A DNA stretch of 64,000 nucleotides, from assembly GCA_034926225.1 (NCBI GenBank), contig JAYFRF010000008.1:128132-192131 (forward strand), written 5' to 3'. The notes under the pieces were generated by a model. The model was not told where the DNA came from, did no database searches, and saw only the letters and a list, made by a program, of their open reading frames with translations. The stretch is from Clostridiaceae bacterium (GTDB lineage Bacteria > Bacillota > Clostridia > Oscillospirales > QAMX01). Shown here piece by piece: positions 48,814-60,779 of this stretch (positions within the stretch are counted from its first letter, which is position 1; every line of letters begins with the position of its first letter). The position numbers and the translations under genes are program-made.

Positions 48814-49851
48814 TTAGATTTTAGTAAGCATCTTAGCAAACACGGGCCACGACGGCTTCGCGTAGAAGCGGTGACCGGCGTCGCCGACGATCATCGCGCA
48901 GTTCTCCGGCACGCCCGCGGCGCGGTAAATCTTTTCCACCGTCGCAAACTCCCGCTTAACGCCCTCGAGCGGGAAGATACTGTCGTCCTTACCGCAGACG
49001 ACGATCAAAGGACGCGGTGCGATCAGCATGGCAAGGTCGCCCATTTCGAAGTACTGATACAGCTTTGGAATGTAGTTGCAGACGCAGTGATGCTGCGCGA
49101 AGATGGAATCATGTAAGGAGCAAAAAGCGCAGGACGGCATGGCGATCTTCACGCGCGGCTCGACGCAAGCGGTGTAGAACGTCGCCGTACCGCCGCCGGA
49201 GTTGCCCATCAGACTGACACGCTCCACATCGCATTCGCTGAAATTTCCGAGCGTGTCGATGAGACAGGAAACGTCGTGCGCGCGTTCGCCGATCATCGTG
49301 CGGCCGAGCAGGAGGGCCTGCGTCGAGTTCTGCTGGCAGCGATTGGCGCCGGGGCTGACGGTACCGTCCAGCTCACCGAAGCCGCGCTGCTCCATCGCGA
49401 CGGCGGCATAGCCTAAAGCCACCGCCTGAATGCAGAAATCGCGGTCGCCGCCGGAGATATCTTCCTCATCGCCCGGGTACTTCGCGCGGCCGAGCGAGAT
49501 GTGCATACCGCTCGCGTGCCCCTGCAGACCGATCACCACGGGCAGCTTTTTGCCGGTCTTGTATACACCCTTCGGCAGCAGCAGATGTGCCGGAACGAAT
49601 AAGTTCGGCTCGGATTCAAATTGAAATCGGATTTCGTCAAAACGGGGATCCGCGTCCGAAACATATTCGACCATCGGCACAGAATTGACGGTCTTTTCCG
49701 GCAACCCGAGAAGCTCGATAAACTTTTCTCTGGCTGCCTTCGTCTGGGCGGGGAGATCGCGGTTTTCGTCGAAAGACATAATGGGCGGATGGGCATCCGC
49801 ATATGCGTGGTGAAGCGCTAAAACAGCTGGCTGCATGGGTTCTTCCTCCAA
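48814..49851 (-). CDS. Alpha/beta-hydrolase esterase (acetyl esterase / dienelactone hydrolase-like)
   Basis: GxSxG nucleophile elbow (MGNSGGG), a downstream D and a GHRF histidine. Overall length and order fit an alpha/beta-fold esterase. Confidence 0.65.
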   Translation of the reverse strand: MEEEPMQPAVLALHHAYADAHPPIMSFDENRDLPAQTKAAREKFIELLGLPEKTVNSVPMVEYVSDADPRFDEIRFQFESEPNLFVPAHLLLPKGVYKTGKKLPVVIGLQGHASGMHISLGRAKYPGDEEDISGGDRDFCIQAVALGYAAVAMEQRGFGELDGTVSPGANRCQQNSTQALLLGRTMIGERAHDVSCLIDTLGNFSECDVERVSLMGNSGGGTATFYTACVEPRVKIAMPSCAFCSLHDSIFAQHHCVCNYIPKLYQYFEMGDLAMLIAPRPLIVVCGKDDSIFPLEGVKREFATVEKIYRAAGVPENCAMIVGDAGHRFYAKPSWPVFAKMLTKI

Positions 49852-49870
49852 ACTTATTATAATAAGTTCC

Positions 49871-51091
49871 TTATTTTAGGAATCGGTCCATCAAAAGAAA
49901 ACCTTCCGGTAAATATACGCCCGTTTTTCCGATTTCCGCTTCCGTATAGCGGTCGGCCGGATGCGGTCCTTCCGCGTCGGAGCGCCAGATCACAAACGGC
50001 ACGGGATCTCCGGTATGCGTCCGCACAGCGACCGGGGTCGGATGGTCGGGCATCAGTAATATGGACAGCGGCTCGCCGCGGAATTCGTCAAGAATCGGGC
50101 CTAAGACCTCCTCGTCAATCCGCTCGATCGCCCAAACCTTCTTTTCCGCTTCGCCGTGATGGCCGCATTCGTCGGGGGATTCGATATGGAGGTAGACGAA
50201 GTCGCAGTCGTCGCGCAAAAGCTTGATCGCGGCCTCTCCCTTACCGCGGAAGTTTGTCTCAATCGCGCCCGTCGCGCCGGGTACGTCGATCGTCCTCATG
50301 CCAGCGCAGAGTCCAAGTCCGCGAATGAGATCCACCGCGCAGACGACGCCCGCCGTCACGCCGTACTTCTCTTTAAAATCCACAAGCGCGGGTTTTGTCC
50401 CCTCTCCCCAGAACCATGCGCAGTTCGCCGGATGCAGCCCCTGCGCGCGGCGGGCACTGTTTACGGGATGGTTCTCAAGAATCTCTCGGGAAAGTGCGGT
50501 CAGCCCGAGTAAAAGCGGCGCATAACGGCCTTGCGGCAGGTATTCCGCGATTTTTCTCCCGGTGATGTCGTGCGGCGGGGTGCCATGCGTACCGGTTTCG
50601 GCGTGGGATATCACAAAGCAGTGGCGATAGCTGATGCCGGGATGGAGTTTTACCGTATAGCCGCGCGCCCGGGCATATTCGGCAAATGCCGGTGCCAGTG
50701 CTTCTACAAGCTTTTGCGCTTCCTCCGTGGTGATCTCATCGGATGAGTAGTCGAGCATCACGCAGTCGTCTGGGAAGGACTCGCAGGAAAGGGTCACGAG
50801 GTTTAAACGGAAAGCAACATCGTCCGGCTCGAGCCGCACACCCATGCTGACCGCCTCGAGCGGCGAGCGTCCGGAGTAATAAACGCGCGGATCAAAGCCC
50901 ATGCAGGCCATATTCGCGGTATCGGAGCCCTTAGGCATACCGTCGGGAATAGTTTTCGCAAAACCCGCATCGCCGTGTCTTGCGAGATAATCCATATGCG
51001 GATGTGCCGCCGCTTCAAGCGGGGTGCGGTTCCCGAGGGCTTCTATGGGGGTATCGGCCATACCGTCGCCGAGTAAAAGGACGTATTTCAT
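49871..51091 (-). CDS. apgM: Cofactor-independent phosphoglycerate mutase, archaeal-type (ApgM family, alkaline-phosphatase superfamily)
   Basis: MKYVLLLGDGMADTPIEALGNRTPLEAA.HP.MDYLA, ...HIESPDECGHHGE..., MPDHPTP. Confidence 0.8.
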   Translation of the reverse strand: MKYVLLLGDGMADTPIEALGNRTPLEAAAHPHMDYLARHGDAGFAKTIPDGMPKGSDTANMACMGFDPRVYYSGRSPLEAVSMGVRLEPDDVAFRLNLVTLSCESFPDDCVMLDYSSDEITTEEAQKLVEALAPAFAEYARARGYTVKLHPGISYRHCFVISHAETGTHGTPPHDITGRKIAEYLPQGRYAPLLLGLTALSREILENHPVNSARRAQGLHPANCAWFWGEGTKPALVDFKEKYGVTAGVVCAVDLIRGLGLCAGMRTIDVPGATGAIETNFRGKGEAAIKLLRDDCDFVYLHIESPDECGHHGEAEKKVWAIERIDEEVLGPILDEFRGEPLSILLMPDHPTPVAVRTHTGDPVPFVIWRSDAEGPHPADRYTEAEIGKTGVYLPEGFLLMDRFLK

Positions 51092-51288
51092 GAAATTTGC
51101 CTCATTTATCTGGTATCACGGGACATTTCCCGCATAATATGTATTGTATCACGGGTTGAGTGTAAACGCAAGTCCAATTTACCCTTCAGCCGTTCTCCAG
51201 ATCACTTACGTTTTATTTCCACGGGTAACATCCCTTTATCCCTATCAAAAATTTTAGGTTCATACATGTGAAAAACCACCGAAAGCTA

Positions 51289-51317
51289 TTGCAAATTTGG
51301 AAACAATGTGTTATTAT
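51289..51317 (+). promoter_or_regulatory. Sigma-A type promoter of the small membrane protein gene
   Basis: TTGCAA (51289..51294) - 17 nt - TATTAT (51312..51317). Confidence 0.6.
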
Positions 51318-51375
51318 ATTTTTAATTAAAGGCGCTTTATATAAAAGTGCCGCGGAATTAAGGAGGAAGTTATTT

Positions 51376-51720
51376 ATGGCCGGTGTTAATTTCGAGGACG
51401 TAACCGCAACTTTTGATTCGGGCGATATTGAAAAGAACAAAGCCGTCGCCGCGCTCTCCGTCATTCCCTTTTTATTCTGGCTTCCCTTCGTTGCCGCCAA
51501 GGATTCCCGTTTTGCCATGTTCTACGGCAACCAGGGGTTAATTCTGACGATCGTTTCCATTGCGGCGGGTATTTTTAATAACATTCCCTGGGTCGGCTGG
51601 CTTCTGGGGCTGGCCTGTGAGCTGTATCTTGCCGTCAGCGTTATCATGGGGCTGGTCAACGGTTTCCAGGGCAAAGCGAAAAAGCTTTTATGGCTCGGTG
51701 AAATCGAAATCCTTAAATAA
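51376..51720 (+). CDS. Small membrane protein (DUF4870-like)
   Basis: The ATG at 51376 is preceded by AGGAGG (51361..51366). There are three hydrophobic segments (AVAALSVIPFLFWLPFV, LILTIVSIAAGIF, LLGLACELYLAVSVIMGLV). The track start at 51268 lies inside the promoter. Confidence 0.65.
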   Translation: MAGVNFEDVTATFDSGDIEKNKAVAALSVIPFLFWLPFVAAKDSRFAMFYGNQGLILTIVSIAAGIFNNIPWVGWLLGLACELYLAVSVIMGLVNGFQGKAKKLLWLGEIEILK

Positions 51721-51735
51721 GTATCTTTGAAACAT

Positions 51736-51770
51736 AAAGCCTGTGCCGTATGAGATGGCACAGGCTTTTT
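51736..51770. terminator. Bidirectional terminator between convergent genes
   Basis: AAAGCCTGTGCC-9 nt-GGCACAGGCTTT followed by TT. Confidence 0.8.
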
Positions 51771-51821
51771 CATATTGTTTTACGTTGAATCCTCCGGCAG
51801 GTTTCGCAAGCGTTCCCGATA

Positions 51822-54719
<2,898 letters not shown>

Positions 54720-54755
54720 GTCAGGTTTGCCTCCTATGTATTTTACGCCAATTGA

Positions 54756-55586
54756 TTACAGGACGAACGAAAGAACAATCGCAAGCGCGCCGGCGCAGAC
54801 GCAGTAGATCGAGAACGGGCGAAAGCTCTTGCGGTTTGCGATGAACCGTACCATGGAAATCGCGGCGATACCCGCAAGCGCGGCGCATAGCACCCCAATG
54901 ATATACGGCAAAATCATCGCGGTATCGATGCCCTCCGCAAGCGCGTCCTTGATGGTAAAGATGTTCGCACCCAAAATGACCGGAATGGACATCAAAAACG
55001 CAAACTTCACGGAAAAATCCCGCTTAAACCCGCGCACCGAGCAGCCCATGATCGTCGTCCCAGAGCGGGAGATGCCGGGTATCAGCGCGATGAGCTGCAG
55101 ACAACCGACAATCAGAGCGTCCTTCCAACTTGCCGTCGCCGCCGTCTTTTTGCCATTACGTGCGCGGTCAACTATGTACAGGATGATCGCCGTAACGAAC
55201 AGCATGACGCCGACAAGAAAGGGACTTGCAAATAGCGCTTCGATCCTGTCGTCGACCAGCGGCACAACCACCATCGGGATCGTCGCGAGGACGACCATGA
55301 TCATCATGCGCCGTGCGGGGGTTTTGTTTAGATCGGGTTTCCCGCGAAACAGGTCGCCGAGGAGCCGGAAGAACTCGACGATCATGTCACGGATATCCGG
55401 CCAGAAGCAGAGGAATACCGATATGAGCGTACCGAAGTGCAGCAGCACGTCGAACAGCACATAGTCATGCTCAATATCGGCACCGAGGAAATTCTGTAAA
55501 AGCACGAGATGCCCCGAACTGGAAATCGGCAGGAACTCCGTGAGTCCCTGCACAATCCCCATCAGAGCCGCAAACCAAGCGGACAT
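54756..55586 (-). CDS. uppP: Undecaprenyl-diphosphate phosphatase
   Basis: GLTEFLPISSSGHL and PGISRSG.TI motifs. Multi-TM. Confidence 0.93.
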   Translation of the reverse strand: MSAWFAALMGIVQGLTEFLPISSSGHLVLLQNFLGADIEHDYVLFDVLLHFGTLISVFLCFWPDIRDMIVEFFRLLGDLFRGKPDLNKTPARRMMIMVVLATIPMVVVPLVDDRIEALFASPFLVGVMLFVTAIILYIVDRARNGKKTAATASWKDALIVGCLQLIALIPGISRSGTTIMGCSVRGFKRDFSVKFAFLMSIPVILGANIFTIKDALAEGIDTAMILPYIIGVLCAALAGIAAISMVRFIANRKSFRPFSIYCVCAGALAIVLSFVL

Positions 55587-55613
55587 AGACGACTCCTTTT
55601 AAATGTAATATGT

Positions 55614-56798
55614 TCAAGCAGAAAAGACGGTACGCCCGCCGATGATCGTACGGGATACGTTGATCTGATCGTCGAAGATGACGATATCGGCATCCTTCTC
55701 GGGCGCGAGCACGCCCTTACGGTCGGCAAGACCCATGATCGTCGCCGGGGTGACCGTCATCATCCGCACCGCGTCCACAAGGGAAACGTCGGCAAGATTG
55801 CGCATTGTACGGACAAGGCGGTCAGTTGTCGCAACGGAACCGGCGAACGCCGTATGATCCTGCAATTTGGCCACGCCGTCCTCGACGATGGCTTCGATGC
55901 CCTCATCCTTGTTGCCAAGGACATAGAGCTTGCCTTCGGGCATACCGGCGGCGCGGATGGAGTCCGTAATCAACGCGATGCGCGCCGGCCCTTTGAGCTT
56001 GTAGATCATCTTTAACAGTTCCGCCGGCAGATGGCAGCCGTCGGCGATGATCTCGACGTACATATCATCCATGCAGTAGCCCGCTTCGATAACGCCTGCG
56101 AAACGGTAGGCGTTGATGCGGCGCACGGTGGACATACCGGAGTAGAAGTGGGTCAAAAGATGGTAGCCGTTTTCACGGGCATCCTCGACGTCAGAGTACA
56201 GGCCGTCGGTATGCGCGACGGACGCGACGATCCCGCGGCGCTCAAGCTCCCGGCCGAGGGCCATCGCGCCGCGGCGTTCCGGTGCGATGCTCCAGCGGAC
56301 GATGTCGTCGGTCATCGAGAGGAATTCAAGATATTCCTTGGGGTCGGGATCTTTAATAAAGCGGGGATCCTGCGCGCCGCGCTGCTCATAGGAGAAGTAC
56401 GGGCCTTCGAGGTGCAGACCGTAGAGCTCGGCGCCCTTGGTGTTTTTCGCCTTCGCCTCTTTAAAGTATGCAAACATGGCTTTCATTATGTCATAACTGC
56501 CGGTGGTTGCAGTCGGCAGAAGCAGCGTGGTGCCGTGACGCGCATGCATCTCCGCCGCGCCTAGAAAGGCTTCCGCAGAGCAGTCCATAAAGTCGTAGTT
56601 ACCCGCGCCGTGGGTATGGATATCGATAAAACCCGGCGCGACAATCTGTCCTTTCGCGTCGATGATCTCGCAGCCTTCGGTGCAGCATTCGCCGCGCACA
56701 ATATCTACGATCTTGCCTTCTTCAAAAAGCACCGTCGCACCTTCGAATACCCGGTAGGGGGTTACGACGCGACCATTCATGATTGCCGTTCTCTTCAT
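55614..56798 (-). CDS. nagA: N-acetylglucosamine-6-phosphate deacetylase
   Basis: PGFIDIHTHG, HLEGPY, THFYSGM and ITDS blocks of the amidohydrolase NagA family. Confidence 0.85.
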   Translation of the reverse strand: MKRTAIMNGRVVTPYRVFEGATVLFEEGKIVDIVRGECCTEGCEIIDAKGQIVAPGFIDIHTHGAGNYDFMDCSAEAFLGAAEMHARHGTTLLLPTATTGSYDIMKAMFAYFKEAKAKNTKGAELYGLHLEGPYFSYEQRGAQDPRFIKDPDPKEYLEFLSMTDDIVRWSIAPERRGAMALGRELERRGIVASVAHTDGLYSDVEDARENGYHLLTHFYSGMSTVRRINAYRFAGVIEAGYCMDDMYVEIIADGCHLPAELLKMIYKLKGPARIALITDSIRAAGMPEGKLYVLGNKDEGIEAIVEDGVAKLQDHTAFAGSVATTDRLVRTMRNLADVSLVDAVRMMTVTPATIMGLADRKGVLAPEKDADIVIFDDQINVSRTIIGGRTVFSA

Positions 56799-56970
56799 TT
56801 CGTACTGTCTCCTTTATGCTGTTTCGTTCTATAAAAAAGAAATGAAAACTATACCAGTCTTATTTTACACACATTTCTCGAATAAGTCAATAGTTAGGAA
56901 ATCGTTTTACTTGCCAACGCGGCCCAATTATGCTATACTACGTACAAATGCAAAGGAGGCAATACACACC

Positions 56971-57801
56971 GTGCGTACCTTATACATCGCCGACCTCGAC
57001 GGCACCCTGCTCGACCCCTCCCCCGCCCTGACGGACTTTTCTCGGAAACGCTTAAACGAACTTACCGCACGGGGCCTGTGTTTTTCCGTCGCCACCGCCC
57101 GCACCGCAGCGACAGTGGACATCCTGCTTCGGGGGCTTGTCACCGGCGCACCGTGCGTGCTGATGAACGGCGCTTGTGTGTATGATCTCGCGGCGAAACG
57201 CTATCTGAAAGCCGAAACCTTTCCGATCGCGTCGATTTTGCCCGTAATCCGGCAGTTTTCCTTGGGCGGCTTCGCTTTTTCATTGGAAAACGGGCAGCTG
57301 AATACCTTCTATGAAGACGTCGGCTCGGACGCCGCGCGTGTATATATGGATGACCGTATAAAAAACTTCGGCAAAGTCTTCACACGTGTTTCAAGCCTCG
57401 CCGATGTCCCGGATGTACTCTATTACTCCTTCACCGACCGCCGGGAACGGCTGGAGCCCGCCTATCTTGCGCTGAAAGCGCTTCCCGGACTGCGTGTGGA
57501 GTTTTATGTCGACGTCTATTATCCGGATAATCATTATCTGGAGGTTGCCAGCGCCGCCGCGTCGAAAGCGAACGCCGTCCGGTACATCCGGGAGGCTTGC
57601 GGCTTCGACCGGATCGTCGCCTTCGGCGACAACTACAACGATCTGCCGATGTTTTCCGTCGCGGACGAGTCCTGCGCGATGGAAAACGCGCGTGCGGAAG
57701 TCCGCGCCGCCGCCACCCGCGTGATCGGCTCAAATGACCGGGACGGCGTCGCCCGTTATCTTTCCGACATATTCCCGTCCACGGAGGAAGCCAATGCCTA
57801 A
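56971..57801 (+). CDS. Cof-type HAD-IIB family phosphatase
   Basis: The GTG at 56971 is preceded by AAAGGAGG (56951..56958). YIADLDGTLL (motif I), SVATAR (motif II), FGDNYNDLPMF (motif IV). The track start at 56779 overlaps nagA and is not credible. Confidence 0.8.
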   Translation: MRTLYIADLDGTLLDPSPALTDFSRKRLNELTARGLCFSVATARTAATVDILLRGLVTGAPCVLMNGACVYDLAAKRYLKAETFPIASILPVIRQFSLGGFAFSLENGQLNTFYEDVGSDAARVYMDDRIKNFGKVFTRVSSLADVPDVLYYSFTDRRERLEPAYLALKALPGLRVEFYVDVYYPDNHYLEVASAAASKANAVRYIREACGFDRIVAFGDNYNDLPMFSVADESCAMENARAEVRAAATRVIGSNDRDGVARYLSDIFPSTEEANA

Positions 57802-58972
57802 CGTAACGCTAAAGTCTGTCTCCATCCCACACGGCCGCCGCGCCGTGGTTTTCTCGGACGTTCACGGCGCCGCAGCTTCCCTGCGCAATGTCATCGATCA
57901 GGTACGGCTTTCGGCCAGCGATATTCTATTCCCCGTCGGCGACTATACGGAGCGCGGTGCGGACAGCATCGGCGTTCTGCGCGAGATGATGCGGCTTTGC
58001 CGGACGTATGAAGCTTATCCGCTGCTGGGGAACGTGGACGCCTATGTCCTGTGGATGTTCCACGACCATTCCCCAAATGCCAATACCGCGTTGCGCCGGG
58101 CGCTTGCGGCGGAAGGCGGGCGCTTTGCCAAAGAAGCCCGCGACGCGCTGGGGCTTGCGGAAGTGCCCGCACTGAATCCAAGCCTGTACGTCGACCCGGC
58201 GGCGCGGCTCGACCCGTCCTCCGACGAAAGCATCCCGGAGGAAGACGCCGCCGCATTAAACGACTTCCGCGAAAAGGTCCAAAAAGCCTTTGCGCTGGAG
58301 CTTGCATGGCTCCGTTCGCTGCCGACCATCGTCGATACGGAGCGCTTTATTTTTGTCCATGGCGGGCTGCCGCATGAAAATCTCGACGCGCTTGTCGGCA
58401 CAAACGCGTATCATCTGATGAAAAACGACAATTTTTTGGGGCAGGGCCTGCGCTTTTCCCGCTGGATCATCGTCGGACACTGGCCGGTGACGCTTTACCG
58501 TCCCCATATCCCGAGCGCCGTACCGTACATCGCCGAATCTCAGCGGATTATCGGCATGGACGGCGGCTGCGGCGTAAAGCTTGACGGTCAGCTCAACGCA
58601 ATGGTGATCCCCGACGCGCAGGAGGATCGTTTCGAATTTTACATGGCGGATTCCCTGCCCGAACGAGTCGCTCTCGACCGCCAGGAAGCGTCCCGCGATT
58701 CCTTCAGCATCCGTTGGGGCGACCATTATGTACATATCCTCCGGCGCGAGGGAGACCGCATTTTCGTGCGTCACCTCTCCACCGAACGTACGCTGTGGAT
58801 CCCGGAAAGCTTTCTCTTCCGAGACGGCGACCCCGCCGAGATCGATGATGCGACGGATTACGCGCTGCCAGTGGAGCAGGGGGACCGCCTAAAGCTCGTC
58901 TGTGAAACCTCCCAAGGCGCTGTCGTAAAGAAAAACGGCGTCACGGGCTGGTATTATGGCCGCCTAAAATGA
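57794..58972 (+). CDS. Calcineurin-like metallophosphoesterase with a C-terminal SH3-like extension
   Basis: VVFSDVHG, GDYTERG, GNVD and FVHGG motifs. The chosen start MPNVTLK overlaps the HAD stop. Confidence 0.75.
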   Translation: MPNVTLKSVSIPHGRRAVVFSDVHGAAASLRNVIDQVRLSASDILFPVGDYTERGADSIGVLREMMRLCRTYEAYPLLGNVDAYVLWMFHDHSPNANTALRRALAAEGGRFAKEARDALGLAEVPALNPSLYVDPAARLDPSSDESIPEEDAAALNDFREKVQKAFALELAWLRSLPTIVDTERFIFVHGGLPHENLDALVGTNAYHLMKNDNFLGQGLRFSRWIIVGHWPVTLYRPHIPSAVPYIAESQRIIGMDGGCGVKLDGQLNAMVIPDAQEDRFEFYMADSLPERVALDRQEASRDSFSIRWGDHYVHILRREGDRIFVRHLSTERTLWIPESFLFRDGDPAEIDDATDYALPVEQGDRLKLVCETSQGAVVKKNGVTGWYYGRLK

Positions 58973-59088
58973 CCGTTGGGGCGAACCATAAAGGTCCGCC
59001 CCTGCCGCGCCGGCAATCTAGCCGACGCTTCACTGGGATTTAAACGCACTAACAAAAACGGAATACCTCTCGGGCGCTCAAGGCCCGG

Positions 59089-59256
59089 TCAGCGGAAAAT
59101 TTCGCCTACATTGTCGACGACATCGCCCATCGTTTTAAGGACGCGCGCCGCACGAACCTGCGCAGGATAACGTTTCTTTTTCGGCATAAACATCATGGCA
59201 ACCGCTGCACCGGCAATCATACCGGCGGCAATGCCTGTCGTAAAACTTTTATTCAT
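59089..59256 (-). CDS. Unlisted small ORF: 55-aa single-TM protein (YtxH-like look)
   Basis: My own translation: MNKSFTTGIAAGMIAGAAVAMMFMPKKKRYPAQVRAARVLKTMGDVVDNVGEIFR. AAGGGGG SD 8 nt upstream of the ATG. It falls below the length cut-off of the ORF track. Confidence 0.5.
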   Translation of the reverse strand: MNKSFTTGIAAGMIAGAAVAMMFMPKKKRYPAQVRAARVLKTMGDVVDNVGEIFR

Positions 59257-59323
59257 TAATTAACCCCCTTCGCGTCGTTAGTATACCCGACACGAAGGGG
59301 GTTACACTGTTAATTTTAACCTT

Positions 59324-59992
59324 CTAACCGTCGATCGGCAGCAGGAACATGTTCTCCGCACGTCCGCCCCGTCCGCCATACGTCACAGGATACTCTGCTT
59401 CACAGCCGCCGCCTGAGACGACGACGACAATCTTCGTTTTTCCTTCCGTGCGCTGCGCACGCAGAGCAAGCGCCGTACCGTCCTCCGTATATCGGATGAT
59501 ATACAGTTCATCACCCGCGCTGACCGTGCCGTCTTCGTTCTCTATCGCCTGACAGACACTCATCTTCATGCTGTCGAAACGCGGGATGACGAGCAACGTT
59601 TCACCGTCCTCATCGACTATGTACCGCTGCAACAGTACCGCTTCGCTAAGCTGCTCCCTGCTCGGGTTTTTGATGATCATCCCCATGCACAGTTCCGGCG
59701 CACCTGCATCCGCGAGGATTGTATACGTCATATTCTCCGGATATCCGTAGAGGGCCTGCGTCGTCGCCGTTGTAGTTGCGGCAGTTTGTGTCGTTTGCAC
59801 GGCTGTCGTAGCGGCTGCCGTCGTTACCATTTGCGTGGAGATCTTTGCTGTTGTCGTTTGTATGGAGGTGGCTGCGGCGGTTTGCGCAGACGTTGTGTGT
59901 ATCGCCGTCGCGGTGGTCTTGCCTGTTTCGACCCGCGTACAAGCAGCCAGTAAGAGGCATAATACGCAAAGCCACGGTAAAAGCCTGATCAT
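59324..59992 (-). CDS. Lipoprotein with a Thr/Ala-rich linker, unknown function
   Basis: Signal/lipobox MIRLLPWLCVLCLLLAAC, then a low-complexity T/A/Q stretch and a ~130-aa globular C-terminus. Confidence 0.65.
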   Translation of the reverse strand: MIRLLPWLCVLCLLLAACTRVETGKTTATAIHTTSAQTAAATSIQTTTAKISTQMVTTAAATTAVQTTQTAATTTATTQALYGYPENMTYTILADAGAPELCMGMIIKNPSREQLSEAVLLQRYIVDEDGETLLVIPRFDSMKMSVCQAIENEDGTVSAGDELYIIRYTEDGTALALRAQRTEGKTKIVVVVSGGGCEAEYPVTYGGRGGRAENMFLLPIDG

Positions 59993-60025
59993 GCCCTCAC
60001 CTCCCGCAAACGCTTTTATATACCG

Positions 60026-60652
60026 CTACGTTCTTTGTGTCAGGCGCCCCAATGGCCTGACCAATGCGCCGCAGACGATCCCCGCGATCACAGCCTCCGG
60101 CAATCCGTTCGTCAGGACCGTCGTCATGATCAGCCCTAAAAGCAGTTCAAACGAGCTTCCGATCGCCGCAGCATACTGCGCACCGAAGAAGACGTAGATG
60201 CCGCCTAAAACCAGCAGCGTATGGACAACCGAACCGACGACCGCCGCGGTGCCCGCCGCGAGATAAGGCCGTTTGATTCTCCGGCTGAGAACGCGATACA
60301 GTGCCGTCGCGGTGACAGCCAGCAGAATGCGCGGCACAAAGCAGATGATCACGCTCCAGATCCCGCCGTTGATATCACCCACGGTGATAAAGGGGGTAAA
60401 GACAAACGAGGTGGGCAAGGGATTTACTGTCCACCAAACCATACTGCATACGCCGAACAGCGCGCCCATATAGATACCGGGTCCCCAACCGAGGCAGATA
60501 GCCGCGATCAGGACGGGAATATGCGCAAGCGTCGCGACGATCGGCCCGATCGGAACCGAACCGAGGATGGTGAATGCGAAGATGATTTCTATAGCGGTTA
60601 AAAGTGCGAGCTGAACGAGGATACGCGTGTTGATTTTACCGGGGTTTGCCAT
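60026..60652 (-). CDS. ECF transporter substrate-specific (S) component, likely pantothenate-type (PanT-like)
   Basis: 208 aa with six hydrophobic helices and an S-component-like N-terminus (LVQLALLTAIEIIFAFTILGSVPIGPIVATLAHIPVLIAA). Specificity is inferred from its position directly downstream of coaX. Confidence 0.65.
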   Translation of the reverse strand: MANPGKINTRILVQLALLTAIEIIFAFTILGSVPIGPIVATLAHIPVLIAAICLGWGPGIYMGALFGVCSMVWWTVNPLPTSFVFTPFITVGDINGGIWSVIICFVPRILLAVTATALYRVLSRRIKRPYLAAGTAAVVGSVVHTLLVLGGIYVFFGAQYAAAIGSSFELLLGLIMTTVLTNGLPEAVIAGIVCGALVRPLGRLTQRT

Positions 60653-60779
60653 GTTACATACCTCCCGCTGCCGTTCCCGTCTTGCTTTCGGGATACGACG
60701 CGTAATTTAAGGAAAGGGCGATCTATTTTATAAACGCCTGCGGCTCCCGTAACATATCAAGGGATGTCGCGGCGGATTC

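Noticed and set aside
51213-51518. 101-aa minus-strand ORF and the 150-aa plus-strand call starting at 51268
   Set aside because: Both cover an AT-rich promoter region. The AGGAGG-ATG at 51376 gives a compact membrane protein. The minus ORF has no SD or motifs.
58976-59170. 64-aa plus-strand ORF after the metallophosphoesterase gene
   Set aside because: It has no SD and basic/low-complexity composition, and it overlaps a better-supported minus-strand small ORF (59089..59256).
59700-59900. Apparent repetitive DNA inside the lipoprotein gene
   Set aside because: It is a Thr/Ala/Gln low-complexity coding linker (ACx/GCx codon runs) without a defined tandem repeat unit. It is not a CRISPR array or a satellite.
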